Below are positions 53,859 through 64,000 of a stretch of DNA of 64,000 nucleotides, one piece after another (the stretch's first letter is position 1; each line of letters begins with the position of its first letter). The notes below the pieces were generated by a model, which was not told where the DNA came from, did no database searches, and saw only the letters and a list, made by a program, of their open reading frames with translations. Location: contig LUPK01000042.1 of assembly GCA_001627335.1 (NCBI GenBank), forward strand, positions 8,233 through 72,232. The letters run 5' to 3'. Origin of the DNA: Nocardioides sp. REDSEA-S33_B3. Lineage in GTDB: Bacteria; Actinomycetota; Actinomycetes; Propionibacteriales; Nocardioidaceae. Both the position numbers and the translations under genes were made by a program.

Positions 53859-54659
53859 GTGACGTCCGACGACGCGATCCGCGCAGCCAGCGAGCGCCTG
53901 ATCCGAGCCCAGGAGACCGGGGAGCCGTGCGCCCCCGTCCGCGACCTCATCGGCGCCGACGACCTCGACGCGGCGTACGCCGTGCAGATGGGTGTCGTGG
54001 AGCGGCGGCTCGCCGCCGGTGCGATCGTGGTCGGCCGCAAGATCGGCGCCACGTCCAAGGCGGTCCAGGACCAGCTCGGGGTCGACCAGCCCGACTTCGG
54101 CTACCTCCTCGACGACATGGACGTCAGCCACGGCGGGCCGATCTCGATGGCCGGCCTCCTCCAGCCGCGGGTCGAGGCCGAGGTGGCCTTCGTCCTGTCC
54201 CAGGACATCGACCCGGGTGACCCCGACGACCTCACCGTCGCCGACGTGCGCGCGGCGGTCGACGTGGCGCTGCCGGCCCTGGAGATCGTCGACAGCCGCA
54301 TCGCCGGCTGGGACATCGGCTTCACCGACACCGTGGCCGACTGCGCGTCCAGCGGCCTGTACGTCGTGGGCATGGACGACGCACGGCCCCTCGAGCAGCT
54401 CGAGCCGCGTGACGTCGACATGACGCTCGCCATCAACGGCGAGGTCCGCTCCAGCGGCAACGGCGCCGCCTGCCTCGGCGACCCGCTCGAGGCGCTGCGC
54501 TGGCTGGCGGTCCAGGCCGCCCGGTTCGGCGACCCGCTCCGCAAGGGCCACCTGGTCCTCTCCGGCGCGCTCGGCCCCTTCGTGCCGTTCGCCCCCGGCG
54601 ACGACGTCCTCGCCACGATCAGCGGGTTCGCCCCGCTGCGGGCCACGTTCACCGACTGA
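53859..54659 (+). CDS. hsaE: 2-hydroxypenta/hexa-2,4-dienoate hydratase
   Basis: [32 protein letters not shown]. Confidence 0.9.
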   Translation: MTSDDAIRAASERLIRAQETGEPCAPVRDLIGADDLDAAYAVQMGVVERRLAAGAIVVGRKIGATSKAVQDQLGVDQPDFGYLLDDMDVSHGGPISMAGLLQPRVEAEVAFVLSQDIDPGDPDDLTVADVRAAVDVALPALEIVDSRIAGWDIGFTDTVADCASSGLYVVGMDDARPLEQLEPRDVDMTLAINGEVRSSGNGAACLGDPLEALRWLAVQAARFGDPLRKGHLVLSGALGPFVPFAPGDDVLATISGFAPLRATFTD

Positions 54660-54715
54660 CCACTGCTCCACCAGCACCACCTGCACGCACCCGCCCCGAG
54701 GAACCAGGGAGACCC

Positions 54716-55621
54716 ATGAGCAAGCTGACCGCAGCGATCGTCGGGCCCGGCAACATCGGCACCGACCTGATGTACAAACTGCTGCGCTCCGACGTCATCG
54801 AGCCGCGCTGGATGATCGGCGTCGACCCGAGCAGCGAGGGCCTCAAGCTCGCCGCGGAGAAGGGCCTGGAGTCCTCCCACGAGGGCGTGGACTGGCTGCT
54901 CAAGCAGGACGAGATGCCCGACCTGATCTTCGAGGCCACCTCGGCCTACGTGCACCGCGAGTACGCACCGCGCTACGAGGAGGCCGGCATCCGGGCGATC
55001 GACCTGACCCCGGCCGCGATCGGCCCCGCGGTCATCCCGCCGGTCAACGGCGAGACCCACGTCGACGCCATGAACGTCAACATGATCACCTGCGGCGGCC
55101 AGGCCACCATCCCGATGGTCGCCGCGGTCTCCCGCGTCGCTCCGGTGTCGTACGCCGAGATCGTGGCCTCGGTCTCGTCCATGTCCGCGGGCCCGGGCAC
55201 CCGCGCCAACATCGACGAGTTCACCCGCACCACCAGCAGCGGGGTGCGCGAGATCGGTGGGGCGACGGAGGGCAAGGCGATCATCATCCTCAACCCGGCC
55301 GAGCCGCCGATGATCATGCGCGACACGATCTTCTGCGCCGCCGACCCAGACGCCGACCGCGACGCGATCATCGCTTCGGTCTTCGCCATGGAGAAGGCCG
55401 TCCAGGAGTACGTCCCGGGCTACCGGCTGCTCCAGGAGCCCCAGCTCGACGACCCCTCGCCGGCCACCCGTGGGGCGCTCAAGGTCTCGATCTTCGTCGA
55501 GGTCGAGGGCGCCGGCGACTTCCTGCCGCCGTACGCCGGCAACCTCGACATCATGACCGCCGCCGCGACGCAGGTCGGCCAGAACATCGCCCGCTCGATC
55601 CTCGCCCCGTCCGGCGGTTGA
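54716..55621 (+). CDS. hsaG: acetaldehyde/propanal dehydrogenase (acylating)
   Basis: [37 protein letters not shown]. Confidence 0.93.
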   Translation: MSKLTAAIVGPGNIGTDLMYKLLRSDVIEPRWMIGVDPSSEGLKLAAEKGLESSHEGVDWLLKQDEMPDLIFEATSAYVHREYAPRYEEAGIRAIDLTPAAIGPAVIPPVNGETHVDAMNVNMITCGGQATIPMVAAVSRVAPVSYAEIVASVSSMSAGPGTRANIDEFTRTTSSGVREIGGATEGKAIIILNPAEPPMIMRDTIFCAADPDADRDAIIASVFAMEKAVQEYVPGYRLLQEPQLDDPSPATRGALKVSIFVEVEGAGDFLPPYAGNLDIMTAAATQVGQNIARSILAPSGG

Positions 55622-55670
55622 GGAGGCGCGCCAGCGCCGTCTCGAAACCCCGGAACCTGAAAGGCAACCC

Positions 55671-56765
55671 ATGAGCACCGACCTGAACACCCTCACCCGC
55701 ACCTGGCACGGCACCCACGGCACCGAGCCCTGGGGCGAGCTGGACCTGCGCCTGACCGACACCTGCCTGCGCGACGGGTCGCACCACAAGCGTCACCAGT
55801 TCACCGCGACCGAGGTCCACGACATCGTCGAGGCCCTTGACAGCTCCGGCATCCCGGTCATCGAGGTGACCCACGGCGACGGACTGGGCGGCTCCTCGTT
55901 CAACTACGGGTTCTCCCGGACCCCGGAGCAGGAGCTGATCCGGATCGCCGCGGAGACCGCGAAGCGCGCCAAGATCGCCTTTCTCATGCTCCCGGGCGTC
56001 GGCACCAAGGACGACATCCGGGCCGCGCAGGACAACGGCGGACAGATCTGCCGGATCGCCACCCACTGCACCGAGGCCGACACCTCCATCCAGCATTTCG
56101 GCCTGGCGCGCGAGCTCGGCCTGGAGACCGTCGGCTTCCTGATGATGAGCCACACCCAGCCCCCCGAGGTGCTGGCCAAGCAGGCGCGGATCATGGTCGA
56201 TGCCGGCTGCCAGTGCGTCTACGTGGTCGACTCCGCCGGCGCCCTGATCATGGAGCAGACCGCGGACCGGGTCTCCGCCGTCGTCGCGGAGATCGGTGAC
56301 GTCGCCGACGTCGGGTTCCACGGCCACGAGAACCTCGCGCTCGGTGTCGCCAACACCGTCGCAGCCGCCCGCGCGGGCGCCACCCAGATCGACGGCTCGG
56401 TCCGTCGCTTCGGCGCGGGGGCCGGCAACACGCCGCTGGAGGCGTTCATCGGCGTGTGCGACAAGCTCGGCTGGCGCACCGGCGTCGACTTCCTCCAGAT
56501 CGTCGATGCCTCCGAGGACGTCATCAAGCCCGCGATGCCCGAAGAGTGCGAGCTCAATCGGATGACCCTGATGATGGGGTACGCCGGGGTCTACTCCTCC
56601 TTCCTCAAGCACGCCGGCAACGCCGCCGATCGCTACGGCGTCTCCGGCGCGAAGATCCTGCTCGAGGCCGGCCGCCGCAAGCTGATCGGCGGCCAGGAGG
56701 ACCAGCTCATCGACATCGCGCTGATGCTGAAGGCCGAGCAGGACAAGCAGGTGGCCAACGCCTGA
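55671..56765 (+). CDS. hsaF: 4-hydroxy-2-oxovalerate/hexanoate aldolase
   Basis: [32 protein letters not shown]. Confidence 0.93.
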   Translation: MSTDLNTLTRTWHGTHGTEPWGELDLRLTDTCLRDGSHHKRHQFTATEVHDIVEALDSSGIPVIEVTHGDGLGGSSFNYGFSRTPEQELIRIAAETAKRAKIAFLMLPGVGTKDDIRAAQDNGGQICRIATHCTEADTSIQHFGLARELGLETVGFLMMSHTQPPEVLAKQARIMVDAGCQCVYVVDSAGALIMEQTADRVSAVVAEIGDVADVGFHGHENLALGVANTVAAARAGATQIDGSVRRFGAGAGNTPLEAFIGVCDKLGWRTGVDFLQIVDASEDVIKPAMPEECELNRMTLMMGYAGVYSSFLKHAGNAADRYGVSGAKILLEAGRRKLIGGQEDQLIDIALMLKAEQDKQVANA

Positions 56766-56833
56766 CCCACCGCTGCACCCGGCACCGTCGGGGTCGCTGA
56801 GACGACTCTCACCCGGGAGTGCTGGTCCAAAAC

Positions 56834-56869
56834 TGAAACGTGTTCTAGTCTTACCAGTAACACGTTCTA
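56834..56869. promoter_or_regulatory. two KstR operators upstream of hsaA
   Basis: TGAAACGTGTTCTA (56834-56847, exact match) and AGTAACACGTTCTA (56856-56869, 1 mismatch). Confidence 0.85.
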
Positions 56870-56887
56870 CCGACAGGAGTTTGTGCG

Positions 56888-58054
56888 ATGTCCCAGGCTG
56901 TTCTCGACGGCGTCCGCGACCTGCTCCCCACCTTCCGGGAGCGCGCCGAGGAGACCGAGGCGCTGCGCGTCGTCCCGGAGGCGAGCATCAAGGAGCTGGA
57001 GGAGACCGGCTTCTTCAAGCTGCTGCAGCCCAAGCGCTTCGACGGCCACGAGGCCGACCCGGTGACCTTCTACACCGCCGTGCGTGACATCGCCTCGGCC
57101 TGCGGCTCCACCGGTTGGGTCTCCAGCGTCGTGGGCGTGCACCCGTGGCAGGTCGCCCTGTTCGCCGACGAGGCGCAGCAGGCGGTGTGGGGCGAGGACA
57201 CCAACGTCCGGCTCTCCTCCTCCTACGCCCCGACCGGCAAGGCGACCGTCACCGACGGTGGCTACATCCTCTCGGGCAAGTGGAGCTTCTCCTCCGGCTG
57301 CGACCACTGCTCGTGGGTGCTGCTCGGCGGGCTGGTCTTCACCGAGGAGGGCCAGATCGTCGACTTCAAGACGTTCATGGTCCCGCGGGAGAAGTACACG
57401 ATCGTCGACGTCTGGAACATGGTCGGCCTGGCCGGCACCGGCTCCAACGACATCGTGGTCGAGGACGTGTTCATCCCCGAGGCGTTCACCCTGTCGATGG
57501 GCGAGACCGGCCAGTGCCGCGGCCCGGGCCAGGAGCAGAACACCTCCGACCTCTACAAGCTGCCCTTCCACTCGATCTTCACCGGCACCATCACCACGCC
57601 GATCATCGGCATGGCCATGGGCGCCTACGACGAGCACGTGGAGATGCAGCAGAAGCGCACCCGTGCGGCGTACCTCGGCGAGAAAGCCAGCCTGGACCCG
57701 TTCTCGGCCGTGCGCATCGCCAAGGCCTCCAGCGAGATCGACGCCGCCTGGGCGCTCCTGGTCAACAACATCCGCGAGGAGCAGGACTACGTCGCCAAGG
57801 GCGAGAAGATCCCGCTCAAGACGCGCCTGAAGGTCCGGCGCGACCAGGTGCTGGGCTCCCAGCGCGCCATCGACGCGATCGACGCGCTCTTCGAGGCCTC
57901 CGGTGGTCGGGCGCTGACCAGCGGCACCTACCTCCAGCGCGCCTGGCGCGACGCCCACGCGGGTCGCGTCCACGCCGCCAACGACCCCGAGCGCGCCCTG
58001 CAGATGTACGGCGCGCACGAGTTCGGCCACAAGATCGACCCGGGGATGTACTGA
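56888..58054 (+). CDS. hsaA: 3-HSA monooxygenase, oxygenase subunit
   Basis: ACGSTGWV, WSFSSGCDH, GTGSN, QRAWRDAHAGRVHAAN. Confidence 0.95.
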   Translation: MSQAVLDGVRDLLPTFRERAEETEALRVVPEASIKELEETGFFKLLQPKRFDGHEADPVTFYTAVRDIASACGSTGWVSSVVGVHPWQVALFADEAQQAVWGEDTNVRLSSSYAPTGKATVTDGGYILSGKWSFSSGCDHCSWVLLGGLVFTEEGQIVDFKTFMVPREKYTIVDVWNMVGLAGTGSNDIVVEDVFIPEAFTLSMGETGQCRGPGQEQNTSDLYKLPFHSIFTGTITTPIIGMAMGAYDEHVEMQQKRTRAAYLGEKASLDPFSAVRIAKASSEIDAAWALLVNNIREEQDYVAKGEKIPLKTRLKVRRDQVLGSQRAIDAIDALFEASGGRALTSGTYLQRAWRDAHAGRVHAANDPERALQMYGAHEFGHKIDPGMY

Positions 58055-58960
58055 GTGTCGACGCAGCTGACCAAGGACGAGGTCCAGCAGTTCGTCTCGG
58101 TCAAGACCGAGGCGGCCGGTGACCTGCGGATCGCCTACTACGAGGCCGACAGTCGCACCGACGACAAGGCCGAGCGACTGCCGCTGGTGATGCTGCACGG
58201 CGGCGGGCCCGGTGCCTCCTCGTGGTCGAACTTCGGCCCGGCACTGCCCGGCTTCGCCGAGGAGTTCCGCACCATCCTGGTCGACCAGCCCGGCTTCGGC
58301 GCCTCGGACAAGCCGCCGGTGGTGGGCAACTACTACCGCTTCTCCGCCGACGCGATCGTGGCGGTCCTCGACGCGCTGGGCATCGAGAAGGTCCACGTGC
58401 TCGGCAACAGCCTGGGCGGCGGTACGGCGATGCGCCTGGCGCTGTCCTACCCCGACCGGGTCGGCCGGCTGATCATGATGGGGCCGGGCGGGCTGTCGCT
58501 GAACCTCTTCCACGCCGACCCGACCGAGGGCGTCCAGCGCCTGATGGACTTCGGCGCGAACCCGAGCCGCGAGGCCCTGCGGGCGTTCATCTCCACCATG
58601 GTGGTCGACCAGTCCCTGGTCACCGACGAGCTGGTCGAGGCGCGCTTCGCCGACGCGACCGCGCCGGGCGCGCAGGACGCGATGCGCTCGATGGGGATGT
58701 CGTTCTGGAACCCCGAGACCGCCGAGGACGGCATGCTCTGGCGCGAGGCGCACCGCCTGCGCAAGCACACCCTGCTCACCTGGGGTCGCGAGGACCGGGT
58801 CAACCCGCTGGACGGCGCGATGGTGGCCCTCAAGCTGATCCCCAGGGCGCGGCTCCACGTCTTCCCCCACTGCGGCCACTGGGCCCAGATCGAGGCGGCC
58901 GAGGAGTTCCGCGAGGTGGCCACCGCCTTCCTCGCACGCCACGTCGAACGGAAGCGCTGA
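58055..58960 (+). CDS. hsaD: 4,9-DSHA hydrolase
   Basis: LHGGGPGASSWSNF, GNSLGG, WGREDRVNP, CGHWAQ. Confidence 0.95.
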   Translation: MSTQLTKDEVQQFVSVKTEAAGDLRIAYYEADSRTDDKAERLPLVMLHGGGPGASSWSNFGPALPGFAEEFRTILVDQPGFGASDKPPVVGNYYRFSADAIVAVLDALGIEKVHVLGNSLGGGTAMRLALSYPDRVGRLIMMGPGGLSLNLFHADPTEGVQRLMDFGANPSREALRAFISTMVVDQSLVTDELVEARFADATAPGAQDAMRSMGMSFWNPETAEDGMLWREAHRLRKHTLLTWGREDRVNPLDGAMVALKLIPRARLHVFPHCGHWAQIEAAEEFREVATAFLARHVERKR

Positions 58961-58961
58961 C

Positions 58962-59861
58962 ATGACGATCGACATCAAGTCCATGGGCTACGTCCGGGTC
59001 AGCAGCACCGACCCGGAGCAGTGGCGCACCTTCGCCGGCAAGGTCCTCGGCCTCGCCGAGGGCCGCGGCCCCCACCCCGACCACCAGTACTGGCGCATCG
59101 ACGAGGTGTCTGCCCGGCTGGTCGTCGTCCCCGGCGACGTCGACGAGCTGACCTGCGTGGGCTGGGAGGTCGCCGACCACCGCGCCCTGCAGGAGGTGCG
59201 CGAGCACCTGCAGAAGGCGGGCGTGGACTTCGAGGACGGCACCCGCGAGGAGCTCGACGAGCGCCGCGTGCAGGAGCTGGTCCGCTTCAGCGACCCCTTC
59301 GACAACGTCTTCGAGATCTTCCACGGGATCACCTACGAGTCCCGGCCGATCGTCACGCCGTACGCCGCCAGGTTCGTCACCGGCGACCAGGGCATGGGCC
59401 ACGTGGTGCTCCCGGTCACCGACGACGTGGAGGCGTTGCGCTTCTACGACGAGGTGCTCGGGTTCCGCCTGCGTGACTCGATGAGCATGCCCGGTGAGTT
59501 CGTCGGGAAGGAGCCGGGCTCGAAGGTCTGGCTGCGCTTCCTCGGCGTCAACCCGCGGCACCACTCGCTGGCCTTCCTGCCGATGCCCAACGCCAGCAAG
59601 TGCGTGCACATCATGCTCGAGGTCGACGAGCTCGACGACGTGGGCCGTGCCCTGGAGCGGGTGCGCAAGCACAAGGCGCCGCTGTCGGCGACGCTCGGTC
59701 GCCACATGAACGACGAGATGGTCTCCTTCTACGTCAAGAGCCCCGCGGGCTTCGACGTGGAGTTCGGCACCGACGGCCTGCGCGTCGAGGACCGCACCTG
59801 GGTCGCCCGCGAGTCGACCGCCGTGTCCTACTGGGGCCACGACTTCGGCGGCGGGCAGTAG
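58962..59861 (+). CDS. hsaC: 3,4-DHSA extradiol dioxygenase
   Basis: GMGHVVL, NPRHHSLA, HIMLEV, LGRHMND, YVKSPAGFDVEFG. Confidence 0.95.
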   Translation: MTIDIKSMGYVRVSSTDPEQWRTFAGKVLGLAEGRGPHPDHQYWRIDEVSARLVVVPGDVDELTCVGWEVADHRALQEVREHLQKAGVDFEDGTREELDERRVQELVRFSDPFDNVFEIFHGITYESRPIVTPYAARFVTGDQGMGHVVLPVTDDVEALRFYDEVLGFRLRDSMSMPGEFVGKEPGSKVWLRFLGVNPRHHSLAFLPMPNASKCVHIMLEVDELDDVGRALERVRKHKAPLSATLGRHMNDEMVSFYVKSPAGFDVEFGTDGLRVEDRTWVARESTAVSYWGHDFGGGQ

Positions 59862-59908
59862 GCGGGCCGGACGTGCTGGAAGGCATCGAGGTCCCTAGGG
59901 TGGCTCGC

Positions 59909-60544
59909 ATGACGCACGACGATGTCCCCGAGGGGATGCGGACCGACGCGCGCGCGACCTGGCCGAGCCCGGAGCTGATCGAGTCGTGGCTCGGCGACTC
60001 GATCTTCGACCTGCGCCCCGGCGAGGAGGTCGAGGTCCCGGCCGACGACGAGGAGGCCGTGTCAGCGGCGCGTCGCTTCCGCGACGTGCTCTCGCAGTTC
60101 GCCTCCGGCGTGACCGTCGTGACCACGATGAGCGGGGGACTGCCGGTCGGCATGACCTGCCAGTCGTTCTCCAGCGTCTCGCTGGACCCGCCGCTGGTGA
60201 TGTTCATCCCCGCGAAGACCTCGCGGGCCTGGCCGCTCATCCAGCGGTCCGGGAAGTTCTGCGTCAACATCCTCGCCGAGGACCAGGCGTGGCTGTCCAA
60301 CCAGATGGCCAGCCGCGGCGCGGACAAGTTCGCGGGAGTCGACTGGACCCCGGCCCCGGTGACGGGCACGCCGCTGCTGCGGGGCACGATCGCGCACCTC
60401 GAGTGCAGCATCCACGCCGTGCACGAGGCCGGCGACCACTACGTCGTCATCGGCCGGGTGCTCGGCCTGGAGATCGGCGACGTGGACGACCCGCTGCTGT
60501 TCTTCCGTGGTCGCTACGCGACCACGGAGATCCCCACCGACTGA
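59909..60544 (+). CDS. hsaB: flavin reductase subunit of 3-HSA monooxygenase
   Basis: FRDVL..FASGVTVVT, CQSFSSVSLDPPL, AGDH, PLLFFRG. Confidence 0.88.
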   Translation: MTHDDVPEGMRTDARATWPSPELIESWLGDSIFDLRPGEEVEVPADDEEAVSAARRFRDVLSQFASGVTVVTTMSGGLPVGMTCQSFSSVSLDPPLVMFIPAKTSRAWPLIQRSGKFCVNILAEDQAWLSNQMASRGADKFAGVDWTPAPVTGTPLLRGTIAHLECSIHAVHEAGDHYVVIGRVLGLEIGDVDDPLLFFRGRYATTEIPTD

Positions 60545-60825
60545 CTGCACAGGGCGGCGGCCCGGGCGTTGGGGACCCTGCCCAGCGTGTGCTCAGACGC
60601 GGGTGCGTCGCGGGTTGGCGACCATGCCGACCCCGGCGACCGGCCGCACCTCGGTGCCGGCGTGGGACGAAGCGGAGCTGCTGCCGCGGGCGGTGGTGGA
60701 GTTCGAGTTCATGCGACGACGCTAGGCCTGCGCAGCCCACACCCGGTCCTCACCCGGGACACCGTTGGTCAACGCCTGGGTGACTGCGGTGTGGGCCGTC
60801 CGTGGACGTGCGCGAGCGCTCCCGC

Positions 60826-61830
60826 TCAGGGCAGTGCGAGTGCGGCGCGGTGCACGTGGGGCGCCCCGAACAGCTGGCCCAGGGCGTGGGCGCGTTTGAG
60901 CACCAGGTGGGCGTCGTGCTCCCAGGTGATGGCGATGCCACCGTGCATCTGGACCGTCTCGGCCGCGACCTGGGCGACCGCCTCGGCGACGTAGGACTTC
61001 GCCGCGTGCACCAGCTGGGCCGCGTCGGGGGCCTGCGAGGCGACGGCGTACGCCGCTGACCAGGACCCCGAGCGTGACATCTCCAGCTGCACGAGCATGT
61101 CGGCCATGCGGTGCTTGAGCGCCTGGAAGGAACCGATCGGGCGGCCGAACTGCACCCGGTCCTTGCTGTAGGCGACCGTCATGTCCAGCCCGCGTTGGGC
61201 GCAGCCGACCGACAGGGCGACCGCGCCGAGGGCGCCGACCAGGTGGGCCCGCTCCACCGCCGGTGCGGCCGAGCCGATGCGGGTGGCCGTGGCGACGTCG
61301 ACCTGCAGGCTGCCCAGGCGCAGGGTCTGGTCCATCGACGGTGTCCAGGAGACCTGGGCCGCGGTCGGGTCGACCTCGTAGAGGTGCTCGCCGTCGGCGG
61401 CCACGAGGACGTCGGCGAGGTCCGCGTCGAGGACGGCACTCGCCTGCCCGCCCTCGAGCACGGCGAACGCACCGATCTCACCGGCAGCCAGCCGTGGCAG
61501 CAGGCGTGCGGCCGCGTCGTCGTCGGCTCCGGCGAGGACCGCTTCGGCCGTGACGAGGGACGACAGGGCGGGCACCGGGGCGAGCGCACGGCCGATCTCC
61601 TCGAGGACCAGGACCGACTCCACGAGGGTGGCGCCGACGCCGTCGTGCTCCTCGGGGACCGCCAGTGCCGCGACGCCGATCTGCTCGCACAGCACCTGCC
61701 ACAGGTCGGCGTCGAAGCCGGCCTCGGACGCGATCGCGGTGCGCACTGCGCCGCTGTCGCTGCGCTTGGCCAGCAGCGACCGCACGGTCGCGACCAGCTC
61801 GGTCTGCTCCTCGGAGAGGGAGAGGTCCAT
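60826..61830 (-). CDS. fadE33: acyl-CoA dehydrogenase (FadE33-like)
   Basis: RVQFGRPIGSFQALKH, QMHGGIAITWEH; gene order fadD3-fadE31-32-33. Confidence 0.75.
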   Translation of the reverse strand: MDLSLSEEQTELVATVRSLLAKRSDSGAVRTAIASEAGFDADLWQVLCEQIGVAALAVPEEHDGVGATLVESVLVLEEIGRALAPVPALSSLVTAEAVLAGADDDAAARLLPRLAAGEIGAFAVLEGGQASAVLDADLADVLVAADGEHLYEVDPTAAQVSWTPSMDQTLRLGSLQVDVATATRIGSAAPAVERAHLVGALGAVALSVGCAQRGLDMTVAYSKDRVQFGRPIGSFQALKHRMADMLVQLEMSRSGSWSAAYAVASQAPDAAQLVHAAKSYVAEAVAQVAAETVQMHGGIAITWEHDAHLVLKRAHALGQLFGAPHVHRAALALP

Positions 61831-61838
61831 CGTCGTCC

Positions 61839-62711
61839 TCAGTCCAGGCCGAGCTGCTGAGCCAGCCGGCCGCGGTGGAAGTCGGGGGTGCCCCAGGCCG
61901 TGACCAGGGCGCGGATCTTGGTCAGCCACACCGACAGGTCGAACTCGGCGGTGTAGCCGATGGCGCCGTGCACCTGCAGGCCGACCCGGGAGGCGAGGTA
62001 CGCCGCGTCCCCGGCCGCGAGCTTGGCCGCGGAGACGTCGATCTCACCGAGGGCGGCGCCGTGGACGAGCGGCCGTGCGAAGTCGAGCGCGATGCGCACG
62101 TCGGCCAGCGCGTGCTTGATCGCCTGGTACGAGCCGATCTGACGACCGAACTGGGTGCGCTGCTTGACGTAGTCCACCGAGTCGGCGAGCACCCGCTCGC
62201 CGGCACCGAGCAGCTGGGCGGCGGTGGCCAGGACGGCCAGGTCGATCGCCTCCCGGTGGGGCTCGCCGGCGCCCTCGACGCGGAAGAGGCGGCGTGTGCG
62301 GTCGACCGAGGTGACCTGCTCGCCCACCCCCGTGGCGGGGGTCGCTCCGACGTACACCTCGTCGGCGACGTCGGCGTCCAGGGCGTACGGCACGTGCGGC
62401 GGCAGCGCCACCGTCGCCACGCCCTCGACCTCGCGGCCGAGGGCGATCGGCAGGTACGCCGCGGACTCCACCCACGGGCCGGGGACGGCGTGCCGACCCA
62501 GTGCCTCGAAGGCGATGGCGACCTCGACGGGCGAGGCGTCGGTGGCCAGCGACAGCACCCCCAGGTCCGAGAGTCGCTTCCACAGGCCGAGGCCGGGGGC
62601 GTGGTCGCCCTCGGCCCAGGCGCGGGCGGCGGCCACCGTGCCCGCGCCGGAGAGCAGGGACTCCAGGGCGGCGGCGAAGTCGCGCTGGTCCTCGTCGAGC
62701 TCGAACCTCAC
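61839..62711 (-). CDS. fadE32: acyl-CoA dehydrogenase (FadE32-like)
   Basis: RTQFGRQIGSYQAIKH, LQVHGAIGYTAE; GTG at 62711. Confidence 0.75.
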   Translation of the reverse strand: MRFELDEDQRDFAAALESLLSGAGTVAAARAWAEGDHAPGLGLWKRLSDLGVLSLATDASPVEVAIAFEALGRHAVPGPWVESAAYLPIALGREVEGVATVALPPHVPYALDADVADEVYVGATPATGVGEQVTSVDRTRRLFRVEGAGEPHREAIDLAVLATAAQLLGAGERVLADSVDYVKQRTQFGRQIGSYQAIKHALADVRIALDFARPLVHGAALGEIDVSAAKLAAGDAAYLASRVGLQVHGAIGYTAEFDLSVWLTKIRALVTAWGTPDFHRGRLAQQLGLD

Positions 62712-63868
62712 TTGGCTGCCTCCTTCGGCTGGCCCTTGGGCTCGCGGGGAAGGCCCAGGATGCGCTCCGCCACGATGTTGCGCTGGATCTCGTTGGTGCC
62801 GGCGTAGATGGGCCCCGACAGCGAGAACGTGTAGCCGTCGAGCCACGGTGACTCGACCTCGGCCTCGGCGCCGAGGATGTCGAGCGCGGTCTCGTGCAGG
62901 GCCACGTCGAGCCCGGACCACCACACCTTGTTGACCGAGCCCGCGGCCCCCATGTCGCCGCCGGCGGCGAGCCGGGTGACGGTGCCCCAGGTGTAGAGAC
63001 GGTAGGCCTGCGCGCGCACCCAGGCGTCGACGACGCGGTCCGTGACCTGGCCACGGTGCGTGCTGCCGTGCAGGTCGATGAGCCGGTCGACGGCGGCGGT
63101 GAACCGGCCGGGGGAGCGCAGCGAGAGGCCGCGCTCGTTGCCGGCGGTGCTCATCGCGACCCGCCAGCCGTCACCCACGCCACCGAGCACGTCGGCGTCG
63201 GGGACGAAGACGTCCTCGAAGAAGATCTCGGCGAAGCCGGCCTCGCCGTCCAGCTGGGCGATCGGGCGCACCGTGATGCCCTCGGCGTCGAGCGGGAAGA
63301 GGAAGTAGGTCAGGCCCGCGTGCTTCTGGGCCTGCGGGTCGGAGCGGAAGAGCCCGAAGCCCCAGTGAGCCAGGGCCGCCCGCGAGGACCAGGTCTTCTG
63401 ACCGTTGAGGACCCAGCCGCCGCGCTCGTCGTCGCGCCGGGCGGTCGAGCGCAGCGACGCCAGGTCGGAGCCGGCCTCCGGCTCGGACCAGCACTGCGCC
63501 CAGATCCGCTCGCCGGTCGCCATCGACGGCAGGAAGCGCTGCTGCTGCTCGGGGGTGCCGTGCTCGAAGATGATCGGCGCCAGCAGGAAGATGCCGTTCT
63601 GGGAGACGCGACCGGGCGCGCCGGCGCGGTAGTACTCCTCCTCGAAGATCACCCACTCCACGAGCGAGGCCTCGCGACCGCCGAACTCACGCGGCCAGGA
63701 GACGACCGAGAAGCGGGCCTCGGCGAGCTTCTTCTCCCACTCCTGGTGCAGCACCCACCCCTCGGGGGTGTCCATCGACGGCAGCGGCTCGGCCGGCACG
63801 TGCGCCGCCAGCCACTCCCGGGCCTCGGCCTGGAAGGCCTGCTCGGACTCGGACAGGGTCAGATCCAT
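62708..63868 (-). CDS. fadE31: acyl-CoA dehydrogenase (FadE31-like)
   Basis: WSEPEAGSDL, GQKTWSS, GPIYAGTNEIQRN. Confidence 0.8.
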   Translation of the reverse strand: MDLTLSESEQAFQAEAREWLAAHVPAEPLPSMDTPEGWVLHQEWEKKLAEARFSVVSWPREFGGREASLVEWVIFEEEYYRAGAPGRVSQNGIFLLAPIIFEHGTPEQQQRFLPSMATGERIWAQCWSEPEAGSDLASLRSTARRDDERGGWVLNGQKTWSSRAALAHWGFGLFRSDPQAQKHAGLTYFLFPLDAEGITVRPIAQLDGEAGFAEIFFEDVFVPDADVLGGVGDGWRVAMSTAGNERGLSLRSPGRFTAAVDRLIDLHGSTHRGQVTDRVVDAWVRAQAYRLYTWGTVTRLAAGGDMGAAGSVNKVWWSGLDVALHETALDILGAEAEVESPWLDGYTFSLSGPIYAGTNEIQRNIVAERILGLPREPKGQPKEAAK

Positions 63869-64000
63869 CAGCGGAGATCCTTCTTCAGCACCTTGCCGGA
63901 CAGGTTCCGCGGGAGCGCGCCCGTGAACTCGACCTGTCGCGGCACCTTGAAGTTCGCCAGGTGCTCCCGGGCGAACGCGGTCACGTCGTCGGCGGTCAGC
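63868..64000 (-). CDS. fadD3: acyl-CoA synthetase C-terminus (FadD3-like), truncated by window edge
   Basis: [27 protein letters not shown] adenylate-forming C-terminal motif; directly upstream of fadE31. Confidence 0.7.
   Translation of the reverse strand, partial: LTADDVTAFAREHLANFKVPRQVEFTGALPRNLSGKVLKKDLR

Noticed and set aside
60624-60725. 33-aa ORF MPTPATGRTSVPAWDEAELLPRAVVEFEFMRRR in the hsaB-fadE33 gap
   Set aside because: No clear RBS or family signal; it cannot be supported without conservation data.

Overview
This is a high-GC actinobacterial chromosome segment, most like Nocardioides by gene content and order (inferred, not searched). It starts with the core rluB-aroH-tyrA-cmk-plsC-der operon and tRNA-Pro(GGG). 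An ~11 kb integrase-less genomic island follows, bounded by a perfect 38-bp duplication of the tRNA 3' end (5141-5178 / 16157-16194). The island carries an IS3 element, a membrane-anchored F420-reductase-like fusion, alcohol dehydrogenase, a PNPOx-like protein, pta-ackA-phosphoketolase and a truncated ABC ATPase, with DosR/OsdR-like boxes upstream of three of its units. Next are accessory genes, including an AHL-lactonase-like gene frameshifted at a C10 tract into an S66 peptidase. The conserved CNNM-CNNM-pgsA-DUF881-DUF1290-DUF881-gcvH-FHA-MerR-nuclease-MerR-glycine riboswitch-gcvP locus comes next. Then come CYTH-CHAD, tldD/tldE, a frameshifted sbcC with sbcD, and a photolyase that appears to lack the Fe-S cluster. 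The window ends in a KstR-regulated steroid catabolic cluster (kstD, hsaEGF, hsaADCB, fadE33/32/31, fadD3). Many genes look leaderless, and several use the upstream gene's TAG stop as part of their -10 box. All calls come from reading the sequence and recognising motifs; no database searches were run.
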